64,000 nucleotides of DNA from an uncultured Dialister sp. (GCA_900547785.1 URIB01000003.1:33780-97779); one strand, 5' to 3'; counted from the stretch's first letter, positions 10,017 to 19,341 are shown. Program-made: numbers and translations. Notes: generated from the letters alone by a model not told the origin.

Positions 10017-10415
10017 TTAGTATTTTTCAATTTCATAGGGCCAGTTAATGATACCGCCAAAGTCATATACGTTTTCATATCCCAGGCGTACCAGTTTTTG
10101 AGAGGCCTGCTTGCTTCTTACTCCGCTCCGGCAATAAACCAACAACACGGCTTTTTTATCAGGCAGTTCTTCCGGCAAAGTATCTCCGATGGTTTCATTG
10201 GTTACGAGAACAGCTCCCGGAATATGACCTTCTCTATACTCTTTTTCATGACGCACATCAACAATTTGAACCACTTCATGTTCCATCATGTATTTGGCTT
10301 TTTCCGGACTTATTTTTTGATAAGATGCCATTTGCTTTCCTCCACACCCCGCTGCCCCTGTAAAAACAGAAAAACTTATCAGCAAACCGATAACAATATA
10401 TCTTTTCTTCATCAC
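10017..10415 (-). CDS. Rhodanese-domain protein, probable lipoprotein
   Basis: Signal peptide ending ...GAAG-C; VDVR..EY.EGHIPGA; active-site loop YCRSGVRS. Confidence 0.88.
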   Translation of the reverse strand: MMKKRYIVIGLLISFSVFTGAAGCGGKQMASYQKISPEKAKYMMEHEVVQIVDVRHEKEYREGHIPGAVLVTNETIGDTLPEELPDKKAVLLVYCRSGVRSKQASQKLVRLGYENVYDFGGIINWPYEIEKY

Positions 10416-10417
10416 TT

Positions 10418-12019
10418 TTACCGTTTAAAAAGAGTCCCGAAAATCCCCCGGATAAGGCTGGCTCCCAAATTACCTCCCACACTTTTCCCGAGGCTGCCTC
10501 CTACGGAACCGCCCAAAGAACGGCCTGCCGCCCGCCCTATCGTTCCGAGGACAGAATTTCCTACTGATTTGATGGCCCGATTTCTTGCCGCCTCTTCTCT
10601 TTTTGCTTCCCTCTCCGCTTCTTTTTGTGCTTTCTCATTTGCCTTTGCTTCTTCTTTGGCAAGCTTGGCATCTTCTGCCGCTTTTTTCAGGGCAAGTGCT
10701 TCCGCTTCCGCTTTGGCGGCTTCTTCCTGCCCTAAGCGTTGTAAAAATTCATAAGCCGATTCCGGGTCATAGCTGTTTGCATATTTACTGTACAAAAGGC
10801 TGTTTTTGATTACCTGTTCCCTCTCTTCATCACCAATCCCGCCCATGCTGCATTGCGGAGGAAGAACGGATATCTTTTCTGCCATTCCTGGAACCCCGTC
10901 TTCTCCCAAGAAAGAAACAACCGCCTTTCCTGTTCCCAATGAAAGAATTGTTTCCTCCGTATCAAATGACGGATTTGTACGGAATGACATAGCGGCAGCT
11001 TTAACGGCTTTTCGATCGGAAGGCGTATAAGCACGAAGTGCATGCTGCACTTTATTCCCCAACTGTGCCAGCACTCCATCGGGAATATCTTTCGGGTTTT
11101 GGGTACAGAAATAAACACCCACCCCCTTTGAACGAATCAATTTGACCACTTGCTCAATTTTATTCAAAAACTGCTTGGACGCCTCATCAAACAATAAATG
11201 GGCCTCGTCAAAGAAAAATACCATTTTAGGTTTTGACAAATCCCCCACTTCCGGAAGCGTCTCAAATAATTCGGAAAGCATCCACAGCAGGAAAGCGGAA
11301 TACATTTTTCCGTTATGAATCAGACTTTGACTGTCCAGGATATGAATCATCCCTCTGCCGCCTTCTCCCAAAGAGAACCAGTCGGAAATATTAAGTGCCG
11401 GTTCCCCGAAGAAAATATCTCCGCCGGCCACTTCCAGTGCTACTATTGACCGGATAATCGCACTGATGGAAGCAGTGCTCATTTTTCCATACCGTTCTTC
11501 AAAATCTCCTCGATGTTCATCAATACGACTCAATACGGCTTTCAAATCTTTCGTATCCACCAGCAGCAGTTTATGATCATCCGCAATCTTAAAGACAATG
11601 GATAAAATGTCGGTTTGTAAATCATTCAGTTCCAAAATGCGGGATAAAAGTACCGGTCCCATTTCTGAAACCGTTGTACGGAGCTGTATCCCCTTTTTTC
11701 CATAAATATCCCATAATGTCACAGGGTAGCCATGATAAGTAAATCCTGCTTCTGCAAGGCCAAATCGGGCAATCCGTTTTTGCATGTCTTCATTATCCGC
11801 TCCCGCTTTCATCATGCCCGCAATATCCCCTTTGACATCGGCCATAAATACGGGAACCCCCATATCGCTGAACGTTTCCGCCATCACTTTCAGAGTAATC
11901 GTTTTCCCCGTTCCGGTCGCACCGGCTATCAATCCGTGTCGATTGACCATTTTAGAGATAATGCAAACTTTTTCACCTTCATCGGTATTTCCAATCCAAG
12001 CTTTTCCATCCGTATACAT
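10418..12019 (-). CDS. DUF853/YjgR HerA-like P-loop ATPase
   Basis: NRHGLIAGATGTGKT, FFFDEAHLLF, LIRSKGVGVYF and QHALRAYTP; Ala/Lys coil and glycine-rich C-terminus. Confidence 0.92.
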   Translation of the reverse strand: MYTDGKAWIGNTDEGEKVCIISKMVNRHGLIAGATGTGKTITLKVMAETFSDMGVPVFMADVKGDIAGMMKAGADNEDMQKRIARFGLAEAGFTYHGYPVTLWDIYGKKGIQLRTTVSEMGPVLLSRILELNDLQTDILSIVFKIADDHKLLLVDTKDLKAVLSRIDEHRGDFEERYGKMSTASISAIIRSIVALEVAGGDIFFGEPALNISDWFSLGEGGRGMIHILDSQSLIHNGKMYSAFLLWMLSELFETLPEVGDLSKPKMVFFFDEAHLLFDEASKQFLNKIEQVVKLIRSKGVGVYFCTQNPKDIPDGVLAQLGNKVQHALRAYTPSDRKAVKAAAMSFRTNPSFDTEETILSLGTGKAVVSFLGEDGVPGMAEKISVLPPQCSMGGIGDEEREQVIKNSLLYSKYANSYDPESAYEFLQRLGQEEAAKAEAEALALKKAAEDAKLAKEEAKANEKAQKEAEREAKREEAARNRAIKSVGNSVLGTIGRAAGRSLGGSVGGSLGKSVGGNLGASLIRGIFGTLFKR

Positions 12020-12176
12020 GACAGGCCTCCCTATAAAACCGTTCCCATAACCATATGATTTGTTTTAAGAATAGCAAAAAGATTCTTAAACTTCAATTTT
12101 TATCCTTTTTCTCTTATCACGTAAAAAAACAAACTGATCTGCTATAATAAACATAATTGTTTATAAAGGAGCTTCC

Positions 12177-12872
12177 ATGAAATATAATTATGTTCTTTTT
12201 GATCTGGACGGAACTCTTTTTGAGTCCGCTCCGGGGATTATAAAAGCCATGCAGTATGGTCTTACCTCTGTAGGTATAGAAGAAAGGAATTTGGATATTT
12301 TACACTCATTTATCGGGCCTCCCTTGAATGTGCAATTGCAAAAAATCTATAACCTCTCGAAAGAAGATACCGCTTCTGTTATTCAAAAATTTAGAGAACA
12401 ATACGACACGCAAGGTGTATTCGAATCGGCTCCTTATGAGGGCATACAAGAATTACTGCAGAGCTTGAAAAAAAGAAATGCTGCTCTTGCAGTGGCCTCC
12501 AGTAAACCTTGGCCTCTTGTAGAGACACTTTTGGATACATTTCATCTGACTTCTTATTTTGAGGTTATCTCCGGCAGCAACCCGGAAGATGAACTGAAAA
12601 ACAAGGCGGCTTTTGACCAAAAAATTTCCATTATTAAAAAAACTCTATCCGCCTTATACAATACGGATACAATCGGAGCAGAAAATAACGAACAGCTTCT
12701 CTCTACTCTCATGGTGGGAGATAAAAACTACGATATTTGCGGTGCAAAAGCCAATCATATTTCTTCTGCCGGTGTCCTCTGGGGTTATGGAGATGAAAGA
12801 GAACTCAAAGAAGCCGGTGCTGATTTCTTATTCACTTCGCCATCGGAATTGCAGACATTTCTTTTAAAATGA
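12177..12872 (+). CDS. HAD-family hydrolase (phosphoglycolate phosphatase / nucleotidase-like)
   Basis: FDLDGTL, FIGPPL, ASSK, MVGDK..D..GA, VLWGYG. Confidence 0.9.
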   Translation: MKYNYVLFDLDGTLFESAPGIIKAMQYGLTSVGIEERNLDILHSFIGPPLNVQLQKIYNLSKEDTASVIQKFREQYDTQGVFESAPYEGIQELLQSLKKRNAALAVASSKPWPLVETLLDTFHLTSYFEVISGSNPEDELKNKAAFDQKISIIKKTLSALYNTDTIGAENNEQLLSTLMVGDKNYDICGAKANHISSAGVLWGYGDERELKEAGADFLFTSPSELQTFLLK

Positions 12873-12873
12873 C

Positions 12874-12910
12874 AAAAAATCGGAGTCTTTCATTCAAGAC
12901 TCCGATTTTT
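12874..12910. terminator. Bidirectional terminator between the HAD and MATE genes
   Basis: AAAAAATCGGAGTCTT...AAGACTCCGATTTTT. Confidence 0.85.
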
Positions 12911-12924
12911 ATTTAAAAGTTACG

Positions 12925-14511
12925 CTATGGGACATAAGACTTTCTTGCATGTCCTACGGCATACAGATGCAATAAAGTAAGAACATCCATTGAAATTTCA
13001 ATGATTAATTTTTGAGGCACATAAATATCTTTTCTGCCGATAGAGCGGCTATACCGCAAAACCGCCGTTTTCTGCCGTTCCGCTTTCATCACCATGCCGG
13101 ATTTAAAAAGATCGGCTTGCCTGAGCACGGCCTGACAAAATACTCCGGCTTCTTTGGCCCGGCCGGAAAACGGAAGCAATTCCTGTAATGAAATATGTTC
13201 CAATCTCACAAGCCGCATGGTCAATAAAACGGAAGCAACTCCTACGGCGACAACAATTCCCATCCAATATGAAACAGCTCCGAACCCCATGACATGATCA
13301 AACACCAATGACAAAGGGAAACATACAGCCCAGTAGGAAATCAGAAGTAAAAGGAAAGGCACTCTCGCATCTTTATAGCCTCTCAATATCCCTTGCACAG
13401 GTCCTGCTACGGAATCAAAGAATTGGAAGCATGAAGCATAAATCAAAAATTGTGAAGCGATAAGCACCACTTCCGCATGATCTGTATAAATCATACCGAT
13501 ATGCTCTTTAAACGCCATTGTTAAAGCCGCCTCTATAGCAGAAAATCCGACTGACAATAGTATACCCGCCTTCGCATATCTTTTGGCCAACCCGTGATGA
13601 TTTCCGCCTACCGCCTCCGCCACAAGAATGGTCAATGCCATAGAACAGGAAAGCGGTACCATATAGGCCATATTTGCAAAATTATCCGCAATTTGATACG
13701 CCGCTAACGTTTCCGTACCGAATCTCGCCATAAAAATAATAATGGCTCCGAAAAGTCCCATTTCCAGGAAAACGGATAATCCGCTCGGAATTCCTACATT
13801 TAAATACTCTTTCCAATCCGGACTGCGCACAGACCAAGAAGAGAAAATCTCCTTCCCCATAAACCGCTTATCCTGAAAAAGAACATACAGGTAAAGCAAT
13901 AAGATAATGAAATAAGTGATTGCTGCAGAAACACCTGCTCCAATTCCGCCCAAACGGGGAAATCCCCCATTTCCAAAAATAAATAAATAATTAAATACCG
14001 CAGTAAGAGGAAGTGCCAAAATGAACAGCTTCATGGAAGTTGTAGTGCGTCCCACTGTATCGGTCAATGCGCGGAAAGGAATAATCAAAGAAATAAACAC
14101 AACCGCTACAATCATTGACAGGATGTAAAACTTGGCCACACGGTTCACATCATTTTCAAGCCCCATGCCTGCCAGCACACTGTCGATAAACAACACATAA
14201 GCCACGATAAAAACTAACGAAATCATCGCTGCTATATATAATCCCGTTCTCACCACAAAAGGAATCGACTTTTTATCTCCTTTTCCGAGCAATTGGGCGA
14301 TAATGGGAGTTCCCGCCATTAAAAGACCGATTGCCGCAGCCTCAAACGGATAAAACAGTCCGGATCCTACAGACACTCCCGCCAGATCTTCCGTTCCTGC
14401 ATGACCTGACATCATTGTATTTATAAAATTTACACCCATCGTAGACAATTGGGCTACCAATATCGGCAATGTAACCGATATGATTTTCTTAATATCTGTG
14501 TATATACTCAT
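12925..14511 (-). CDS. MATE family efflux transporter (NorM-like) with C-terminal extension
   Basis: LPILVAQL, PIIAQLLG, FGNGGFPRLGGIGAG, GILRGYKD; about 12 TM segments, then ~85 extra residues. Confidence 0.93.
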   Translation of the reverse strand: MSIYTDIKKIISVTLPILVAQLSTMGVNFINTMMSGHAGTEDLAGVSVGSGLFYPFEAAAIGLLMAGTPIIAQLLGKGDKKSIPFVVRTGLYIAAMISLVFIVAYVLFIDSVLAGMGLENDVNRVAKFYILSMIVAVVFISLIIPFRALTDTVGRTTTSMKLFILALPLTAVFNYLFIFGNGGFPRLGGIGAGVSAAITYFIILLLYLYVLFQDKRFMGKEIFSSWSVRSPDWKEYLNVGIPSGLSVFLEMGLFGAIIIFMARFGTETLAAYQIADNFANMAYMVPLSCSMALTILVAEAVGGNHHGLAKRYAKAGILLSVGFSAIEAALTMAFKEHIGMIYTDHAEVVLIASQFLIYASCFQFFDSVAGPVQGILRGYKDARVPFLLLLISYWAVCFPLSLVFDHVMGFGAVSYWMGIVVAVGVASVLLTMRLVRLEHISLQELLPFSGRAKEAGVFCQAVLRQADLFKSGMVMKAERQKTAVLRYSRSIGRKDIYVPQKLIIEISMDVLTLLHLYAVGHARKSYVP

Positions 14512-14539
14512 TTTCTTTCTGCCCTCTTAAGTTACCATC

Positions 14540-14562
14540 AAAAAAGACGCTTTTCGGCGTCC
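14540..14562 (-). terminator. Terminator hairpin just upstream of the MATE start (possible attenuator)
   Basis: GGACGC-cgaaaa-GCGUCU followed by a U run, about 30 nt before the MATE ATG. Confidence 0.65.
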
Positions 14563-14797
14563 GATTCAAGTACCAAAGTACTCTCCTATTGATTTACCTG
14601 TCATAGACAGGCTTCCTGCTGTTAAAGCAGGCCTGGCAAATCAAGAAGTTTTCTGTGATTAAAGTTGACTGCCAATGCTTAAGCATTTTTTGCACGGTTT
14701 CGGCAACCTTTGAATTTATTATCCACCATGGACAATAGAACCGCCGAACCGGCTACGATCAATATCCTGCATGGAAAGTATTCCATCCAGACGCTTT

Positions 14798-15079
14798 TTA
14801 TATCGGACAAAGTCCGCTTACCATCCATTTGTTAAAATGGATTCTTTTATTCATTTTTCCGTGATACCGGCTCTCACCTAACGGCTTATGAGCTTTCATG
14901 CCCCAGCCTCCTGCACCGATAAATCCTTTAAAGAAAGACGTAAACCGGGATAATACACAATTGAAATTAAAGTTTTCCCGATGAGGAACTGAAAGTTCAG
15001 AGCCTTCAATGCAGAAAGCCGCCATGACATACAATTCATACATGATATCATCAAGAGTCACAGCCATCGTATATTTCAT
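14798..15079 (-). CDS. Hypothetical 93-aa protein / upstream ORF of the MATE gene
   Basis: ATG 15079 follows AAAGGGGTGAGGGAT; promoter TTGCTT-17-TATACT at 15159-15187; no recognisable family. Confidence 0.5.
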   Translation of the reverse strand: MKYTMAVTLDDIMYELYVMAAFCIEGSELSVPHRENFNFNCVLSRFTSFFKGFIGAGGWGMKAHKPLGESRYHGKMNKRIHFNKWMVSGLCPI

Positions 15080-15264
15080 ATCCCTCACCCCTTTCTTCTT
15101 TCCTGAAAAATGATTTTTTATTCCTCGAGTTTTAATGGTATTTTTAATACCTGTCTATAGTATATAACTATAACATAAAAAAAGCAACTGTTTATACTTA
15201 TTTCCGTTGCTTTTCCGTTTTTATTTAAAATATTGAATTGATTTTTTCTCTCAGCATAAACTTA

Positions 15265-16383
15265 TCATGATGAATGATTCTCTGCCAGTATATCGTCTAT
15301 AATATGGACTATTTTTTTTGCACTTTCCGGATGAAATTCCCCACAAGCTTCTTCCATTTTTCTTTTTTTATCCCGATTTTTCAAAATTTCCCGGACTGTA
15401 TGTGCCAACTCCCCCCGTTTTACCCAATCCGCGCAGCCAAGATGAGTTAGAAATGTCGCATTGGCTCTTTCTTGTCCGGGAAGGGTGTTTACCAGTACCA
15501 TCGGCCGTTTCATAATCATAGCTTCCGTGCAGGTCAGTGCTCCCGGCTTAGTCACTAATATTTCCGATCTCCCCATAAGCTGTGCCACTTTATTTGTATA
15601 ACTGTGAAGTTCTACCGGGTGCCTCATCTCCTCCGATAAAAGAGCCACTTCTTCATAAAGCCGTATATTCTGCCCTGTCACAACAATAAATTTGGAAATT
15701 TCTTCCACTTCATCCATCCGTTTTAAATCGTCGGTAATTCTGCCAAGTCCAAGACCTCCGCCCATCACAAGAACCGTTCCTTTTTCCGGCGCCGGTTTTT
15801 TTATTTTTTCTTCATAAAAAGATTTTCTCACAGGTATACCCGTCGCATAAATCCGTTTTGATAAAACCCCATAATCTACGAGCTCTCTTGCCATTTCAGC
15901 CGTTGCCACACAATAGGCATCCATATGGCGATTAATCCATAGCTGATGTACATCAAAGTCGGTAATCACGCCTATCAAAGGAACGTCTGTTTCTCCGTCT
16001 TTTTTTAAAAGATCGGCTGCTCCCGCAGGAAAAGGATGTGTAAAAACCAGTGCATCCGGCTGCAATACCCGGATTAATCTTTTCATTCTCCGCTTAAAAC
16101 TCAGAGAAAGAAGTTTTTGGGAGGTTTTTCCAAACCCTCCCTTTTGTGAGTTGCTATATAAATGATCATATATATCAGGAATAATTTTTATCATTTCCAG
16201 ATATGTCTTTTTTATCATCTGATCTACTGACAATGAATCGCGGGAAACAAAGTCTAAAACTCTTACAGAGTCTTCCGGGTGCAGTTCTTTAATAGATTCT
16301 GCAATCGCTCTGGCAGCCTGACTATGACCGGTTCCTATGCTGGCTGTTAATATGAAAAATCTCCGGGCTTTTTTCACAATCAT
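15265..16383 (-). CDS. UgtP/MGDG-synthase-like glycosyltransferase (GT28)
   Basis: TASIGTGHSQAA, THPFP, VITDF..HQLW, TGIPVR, MGGGLG, TKPGALT, PGQERAN. Confidence 0.92.
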   Translation of the reverse strand: MIVKKARRFFILTASIGTGHSQAARAIAESIKELHPEDSVRVLDFVSRDSLSVDQMIKKTYLEMIKIIPDIYDHLYSNSQKGGFGKTSQKLLSLSFKRRMKRLIRVLQPDALVFTHPFPAGAADLLKKDGETDVPLIGVITDFDVHQLWINRHMDAYCVATAEMARELVDYGVLSKRIYATGIPVRKSFYEEKIKKPAPEKGTVLVMGGGLGLGRITDDLKRMDEVEEISKFIVVTGQNIRLYEEVALLSEEMRHPVELHSYTNKVAQLMGRSEILVTKPGALTCTEAMIMKRPMVLVNTLPGQERANATFLTHLGCADWVKRGELAHTVREILKNRDKKRKMEEACGEFHPESAKKIVHIIDDILAENHSS

Positions 16384-16451
16384 GGATATACCCCTTTTTT
16401 CTTATTTTTGCTCATTATATCATAGAGTGCCGTTTTCTTAATAATGCACGC

Positions 16452-16503
16452 AAAAAAGAGCTGTATCGGAAACGAGATTGCGGCGCTTTCGATACAGCTC
16501 TTT
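16452..16503 (-). terminator. Terminator after hup
   Basis: AAAGAGCTGTATCG...CGATACAGCTCTTT inverted repeat with a U tail on the minus strand. Confidence 0.75.
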
Positions 16504-16524
16504 GATAGTCAAATCGACTGATAA

Positions 16525-16830
16525 TTATTTTTTGCCGGCTTTTTTAGCAGCTTTTTTTGCATTTACTCTTTCTTTCAGCTGCTTGGAAACACGCCATGCC
16601 GGGCTCTTGGAAGCCGGAATCTTAATAGCTTTCTGTGTTGCCGGGTTATGACCTTCACGAGCTTTACGCTGGCGAACTTCAAAAGTACCGAAACCGATCA
16701 GCTGAACTTTTTCACCTTTTTCAAGTGTTTTGGAAACAACATCAATGACTGCTTTGACTGCTTTTTCAGCGTCTTTCTTTGTCATTTCCGCTTCTTGAGC
16801 TACTGCCCCGATGAGTTCTGTCTTGTTCAT
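16525..16830 (-). CDS. hup: DNA-binding protein HU
   Basis: MNKTELI...VQLIGFGTFEVRQRKAREGHNPAT; short Lys/Ala tail. Confidence 0.97.
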   Translation of the reverse strand: MNKTELIGAVAQEAEMTKKDAEKAVKAVIDVVSKTLEKGEKVQLIGFGTFEVRQRKAREGHNPATQKAIKIPASKSPAWRVSKQLKERVNAKKAAKKAGKK

Positions 16831-16844
16831 AACTAAACATCCTC

Positions 16845-17190
16845 CTTTAATAACTTTGCGGGAATTCCGCTTTAGTTCTGAAGAATACGATCACATTCCT
16901 TTTGTCTTAAATTCTCTCCGCAATTGTTTCCGTGCCTAAGGAGGCAAGATAACCGCAGATTTCCGCTTTCTTTAGAAGTTTCTTTAAAAGAAGACCTCTC
17001 ATTGGATTTAACCACAAAATGAATGTAACGAAAGTTTTAACCGGATTCCTTTTTCTTGCAAGACACGGACTTGTCTAAAAAGAAAGAATCCTTCACTTTC
17101 ACACCCCAGACTATTTCCTGTTTTGCCTGACCGGCAATATTCTTTCAAGGCATAGCTACAGGGCATGAATCCCGTCAGAACTAACTTTCT
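16845..17190 (-). promoter_or_regulatory. Long structured 5' leader of hup (candidate cis-regulatory RNA)
   Basis: Lies between the promoter and hup. Nested inverted repeats at 17175-17184/16872-16881, 17014-17026/16893-16905 and 17043-17091. Confidence 0.5.
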
Positions 17191-17195
17191 TCTGA

Positions 17196-17224
17196 ATTAT
17201 ACACGCTAAAAGCGGTCTTGGCAA
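17196..17224 (-). promoter_or_regulatory. Sigma-A-type promoter upstream of the hup leader
   Basis: TTGCCA-17 nt-TATAAT. Confidence 0.7.
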
Positions 17225-17689
17225 GCGTTTTAATGCTTAAACAGCAGATATTTCCTGTTTTTTCCTTTTCGTTTCACCTTTTTAGCCGGTTTCGCATGCG
17301 AATTTCCACGCGTTTCCTCACTCCTCAAAGTAAAGAGATAAGCATATCCTTTCCATTCCTTTCGTCATTTTATATTCTCCCGAATAGATTCATCACCTGA
17401 TACTTTATGATTTTACGGCAATATGATGTTTTTAGAATCATTCCTGTTTTTCCAGGCAATTTACTTTTCTCCTCTTACCTATTATTCAGTTTTTTGTTTT
17501 TTATAAAAGTAAACCTCTTTGGCCTGTGTCTTCTATTTAATGGCTTGGTTTTGATTTAATTTTTCAATCACAACAAACAGCGATTCTATTCTTACTTATA
17601 TGACAAAAGGATTGATCCGCACGGCACTACTATTTTTAATGTATATATTTAACCATTGTCTATTTTCTAAGCCTATCTGCCATTCCACG

Positions 17690-17734
17690 AAAAAAGCAAC
17701 ATATTTCAAGGTCCCCTTAAAACATGTTGCTTTT
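17690..17734 (-). terminator. Terminator after the yabM-like gene
   Basis: AAAAGCAACAT...ATGTTGCTTTT inverted repeat next to the stop codon. Confidence 0.7.
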
Positions 17735-17739
17735 ATTTA

Positions 17740-19341
17740 TCATTTTCTTCCGTGAATTTTATCAATAGCCGAAGCTAATTTTAACCCGACTTTCGGAATC
17801 CGCTTAACGTCCTCACTTGTGACTGCACGAATACCTATAACCGCAATCATGTAAACAAGCCCGCCAACAAGAATAGCCGCAAGCGTTGCCGGTGTATTAC
17901 TATGAAATACCGTGACGACACCACGATAAACAGCCAAAACAACAGCGCCCATAATACCGGCTGCGGCAAAAAGCTTGCATGTATGTGTAATATCCATCAT
18001 ATATTTCTTATGTTTATATAGAAAATACAAATTGAGTAAAGCGGCCACTCCGAAATCCGCATTTGTTGCCCAAGCTGCTCCTAAAACCCCCCAAGAGGGA
18101 AGAGCTGTTAAGTTCCAAGAAAGTATTACTTTAATGCAGGCACTCGCCACCATATTCAAAAACGGAATCGCCGTTTTCCCCATCCCCTGAAGCACTCCCG
18201 TCGTGACTTGCTGTACACCTAAAAGAAATACACCGAAACTCATAACAGCGATGCAGTCTCCTGCATCGGGAATCGCATACAGCATTGTGGAAATGGGTGT
18301 TGCAATGACACACATCCCTACAAAAGATGGGATCGTAATTAAATTTGCCAAACGCATAGCCGTGTCTGTCCGGGATAAAACGGCTCCCTCTTTTTTTTGT
18401 GCCACCGCTTCTGAAATGACGGGAACAAGGCTCGCCGCTAAGGACGCCGTCACTATGGTAGGCATATTCACCAAAGCCGTAGCCATTCCGGTCAGATAGC
18501 CGAACAATGTCGTCGACTCTTCTACCGAAAATCCTGCCACAGCCAATCTGCGGGGTACAATCAGTAAATCAATACTGGAAACGACAGGAAGCATAATATT
18601 CGCTAAAGATACGGGAACGGCAAGCACCATCAGTCTTTTCAAAATGAACAGACTTCCCAGCGGTTTAATGTCTTTGTCTTGCCGGGAAGCCAATTCTTTT
18701 CTCCAGCTTTTTGTCATAAAAAAGAAAATGATGAGTACAAATATGCCTATAAATGCGCCCGGCGCAGCACCGAAAGTGGCCCCTGCCGCTCCATATTCAA
18801 GCCCATAGGGCATTAGCATGACCGCCAAGGCAATCATAGTCACAACTCGGACCAACTGTTCTATAATCTGGGAAACTGCTGTAGGCGTCATCATTTGCAG
18901 TCCCTGAAAATAACCTCTGAGTGAAGCCAGTAATGTAGCTCCCAAAACTGCCGGTGAAAGTGCCACAAGTGACCAGTAAGCTCTTTCGTCGGTCACGATA
19001 TTGGAATCAATGAGCCACTGTGCCCCGAAATATAGGAGTCCGCTGAAAAAAATCCCTGTCAGTGTCAGTGCGGTCATAGATATGCGGAAAACTTTCTGAC
19101 CGCCCCAATAATCATTGAGTGCATTTCGCTCTGCCACCATGATGGAAATAGCAACAGGCAATCCGGCTGACGAAACAGACAGACAAAGCATATAAATCGG
19201 ATATGCCATCTGGTACAATCCTATGCCCTCTCCGCCGAGCAAACGGGACAGATAAATACGGCTGAAGGCTCCTATAAATTTCACAATAATCCCTGCCAGC
19301 GTCAGTATCAGAGCGCCCTGTATAAATGAATTTTTACGCAC
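17740..19341 (-). CDS. MOP-superfamily flippase / polysaccharide biosynthesis protein (YabM/SpoVB-like)
   Basis: FIQGALILTLAG, GGEGIGLYQMAYP, GLPVAIS, RGYFQG...PTAVSQIIEQ; follows mfd as yabM does. Confidence 0.9.
   Translation of the reverse strand: MRKNSFIQGALILTLAGIIVKFIGAFSRIYLSRLLGGEGIGLYQMAYPIYMLCLSVSSAGLPVAISIMVAERNALNDYWGGQKVFRISMTALTLTGIFFSGLLYFGAQWLIDSNIVTDERAYWSLVALSPAVLGATLLASLRGYFQGLQMMTPTAVSQIIEQLVRVVTMIALAVMLMPYGLEYGAAGATFGAAPGAFIGIFVLIIFFFMTKSWRKELASRQDKDIKPLGSLFILKRLMVLAVPVSLANIMLPVVSSIDLLIVPRRLAVAGFSVEESTTLFGYLTGMATALVNMPTIVTASLAASLVPVISEAVAQKKEGAVLSRTDTAMRLANLITIPSFVGMCVIATPISTMLYAIPDAGDCIAVMSFGVFLLGVQQVTTGVLQGMGKTAIPFLNMVASACIKVILSWNLTALPSWGVLGAAWATNADFGVAALLNLYFLYKHKKYMMDITHTCKLFAAAGIMGAVVLAVYRGVVTVFHSNTPATLAAILVGGLVYMIAVIGIRAVTSEDVKRIPKVGLKLASAIDKIHGRK

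Noticed and set aside
10560..10740. Ala/Lys/Glu low-complexity repeats in DUF853 (similar ones near 57670-57720)
   Set aside because: Ordinary coiled-coil coding sequence, not a DNA repeat array.
14641..14712. AAAGG-UUGCCGAA resembling part of a lysine riboswitch
   Set aside because: The AGAGGUGC 5' element and the rest of the L-box architecture are missing.
16845..17190. RNase P RNA or tmRNA, given the ~350-nt size
   Set aside because: Lacks GAGGAAAGUCC and the RNase P 3' motif, and lacks tRNA-like ends or a tag reading frame.
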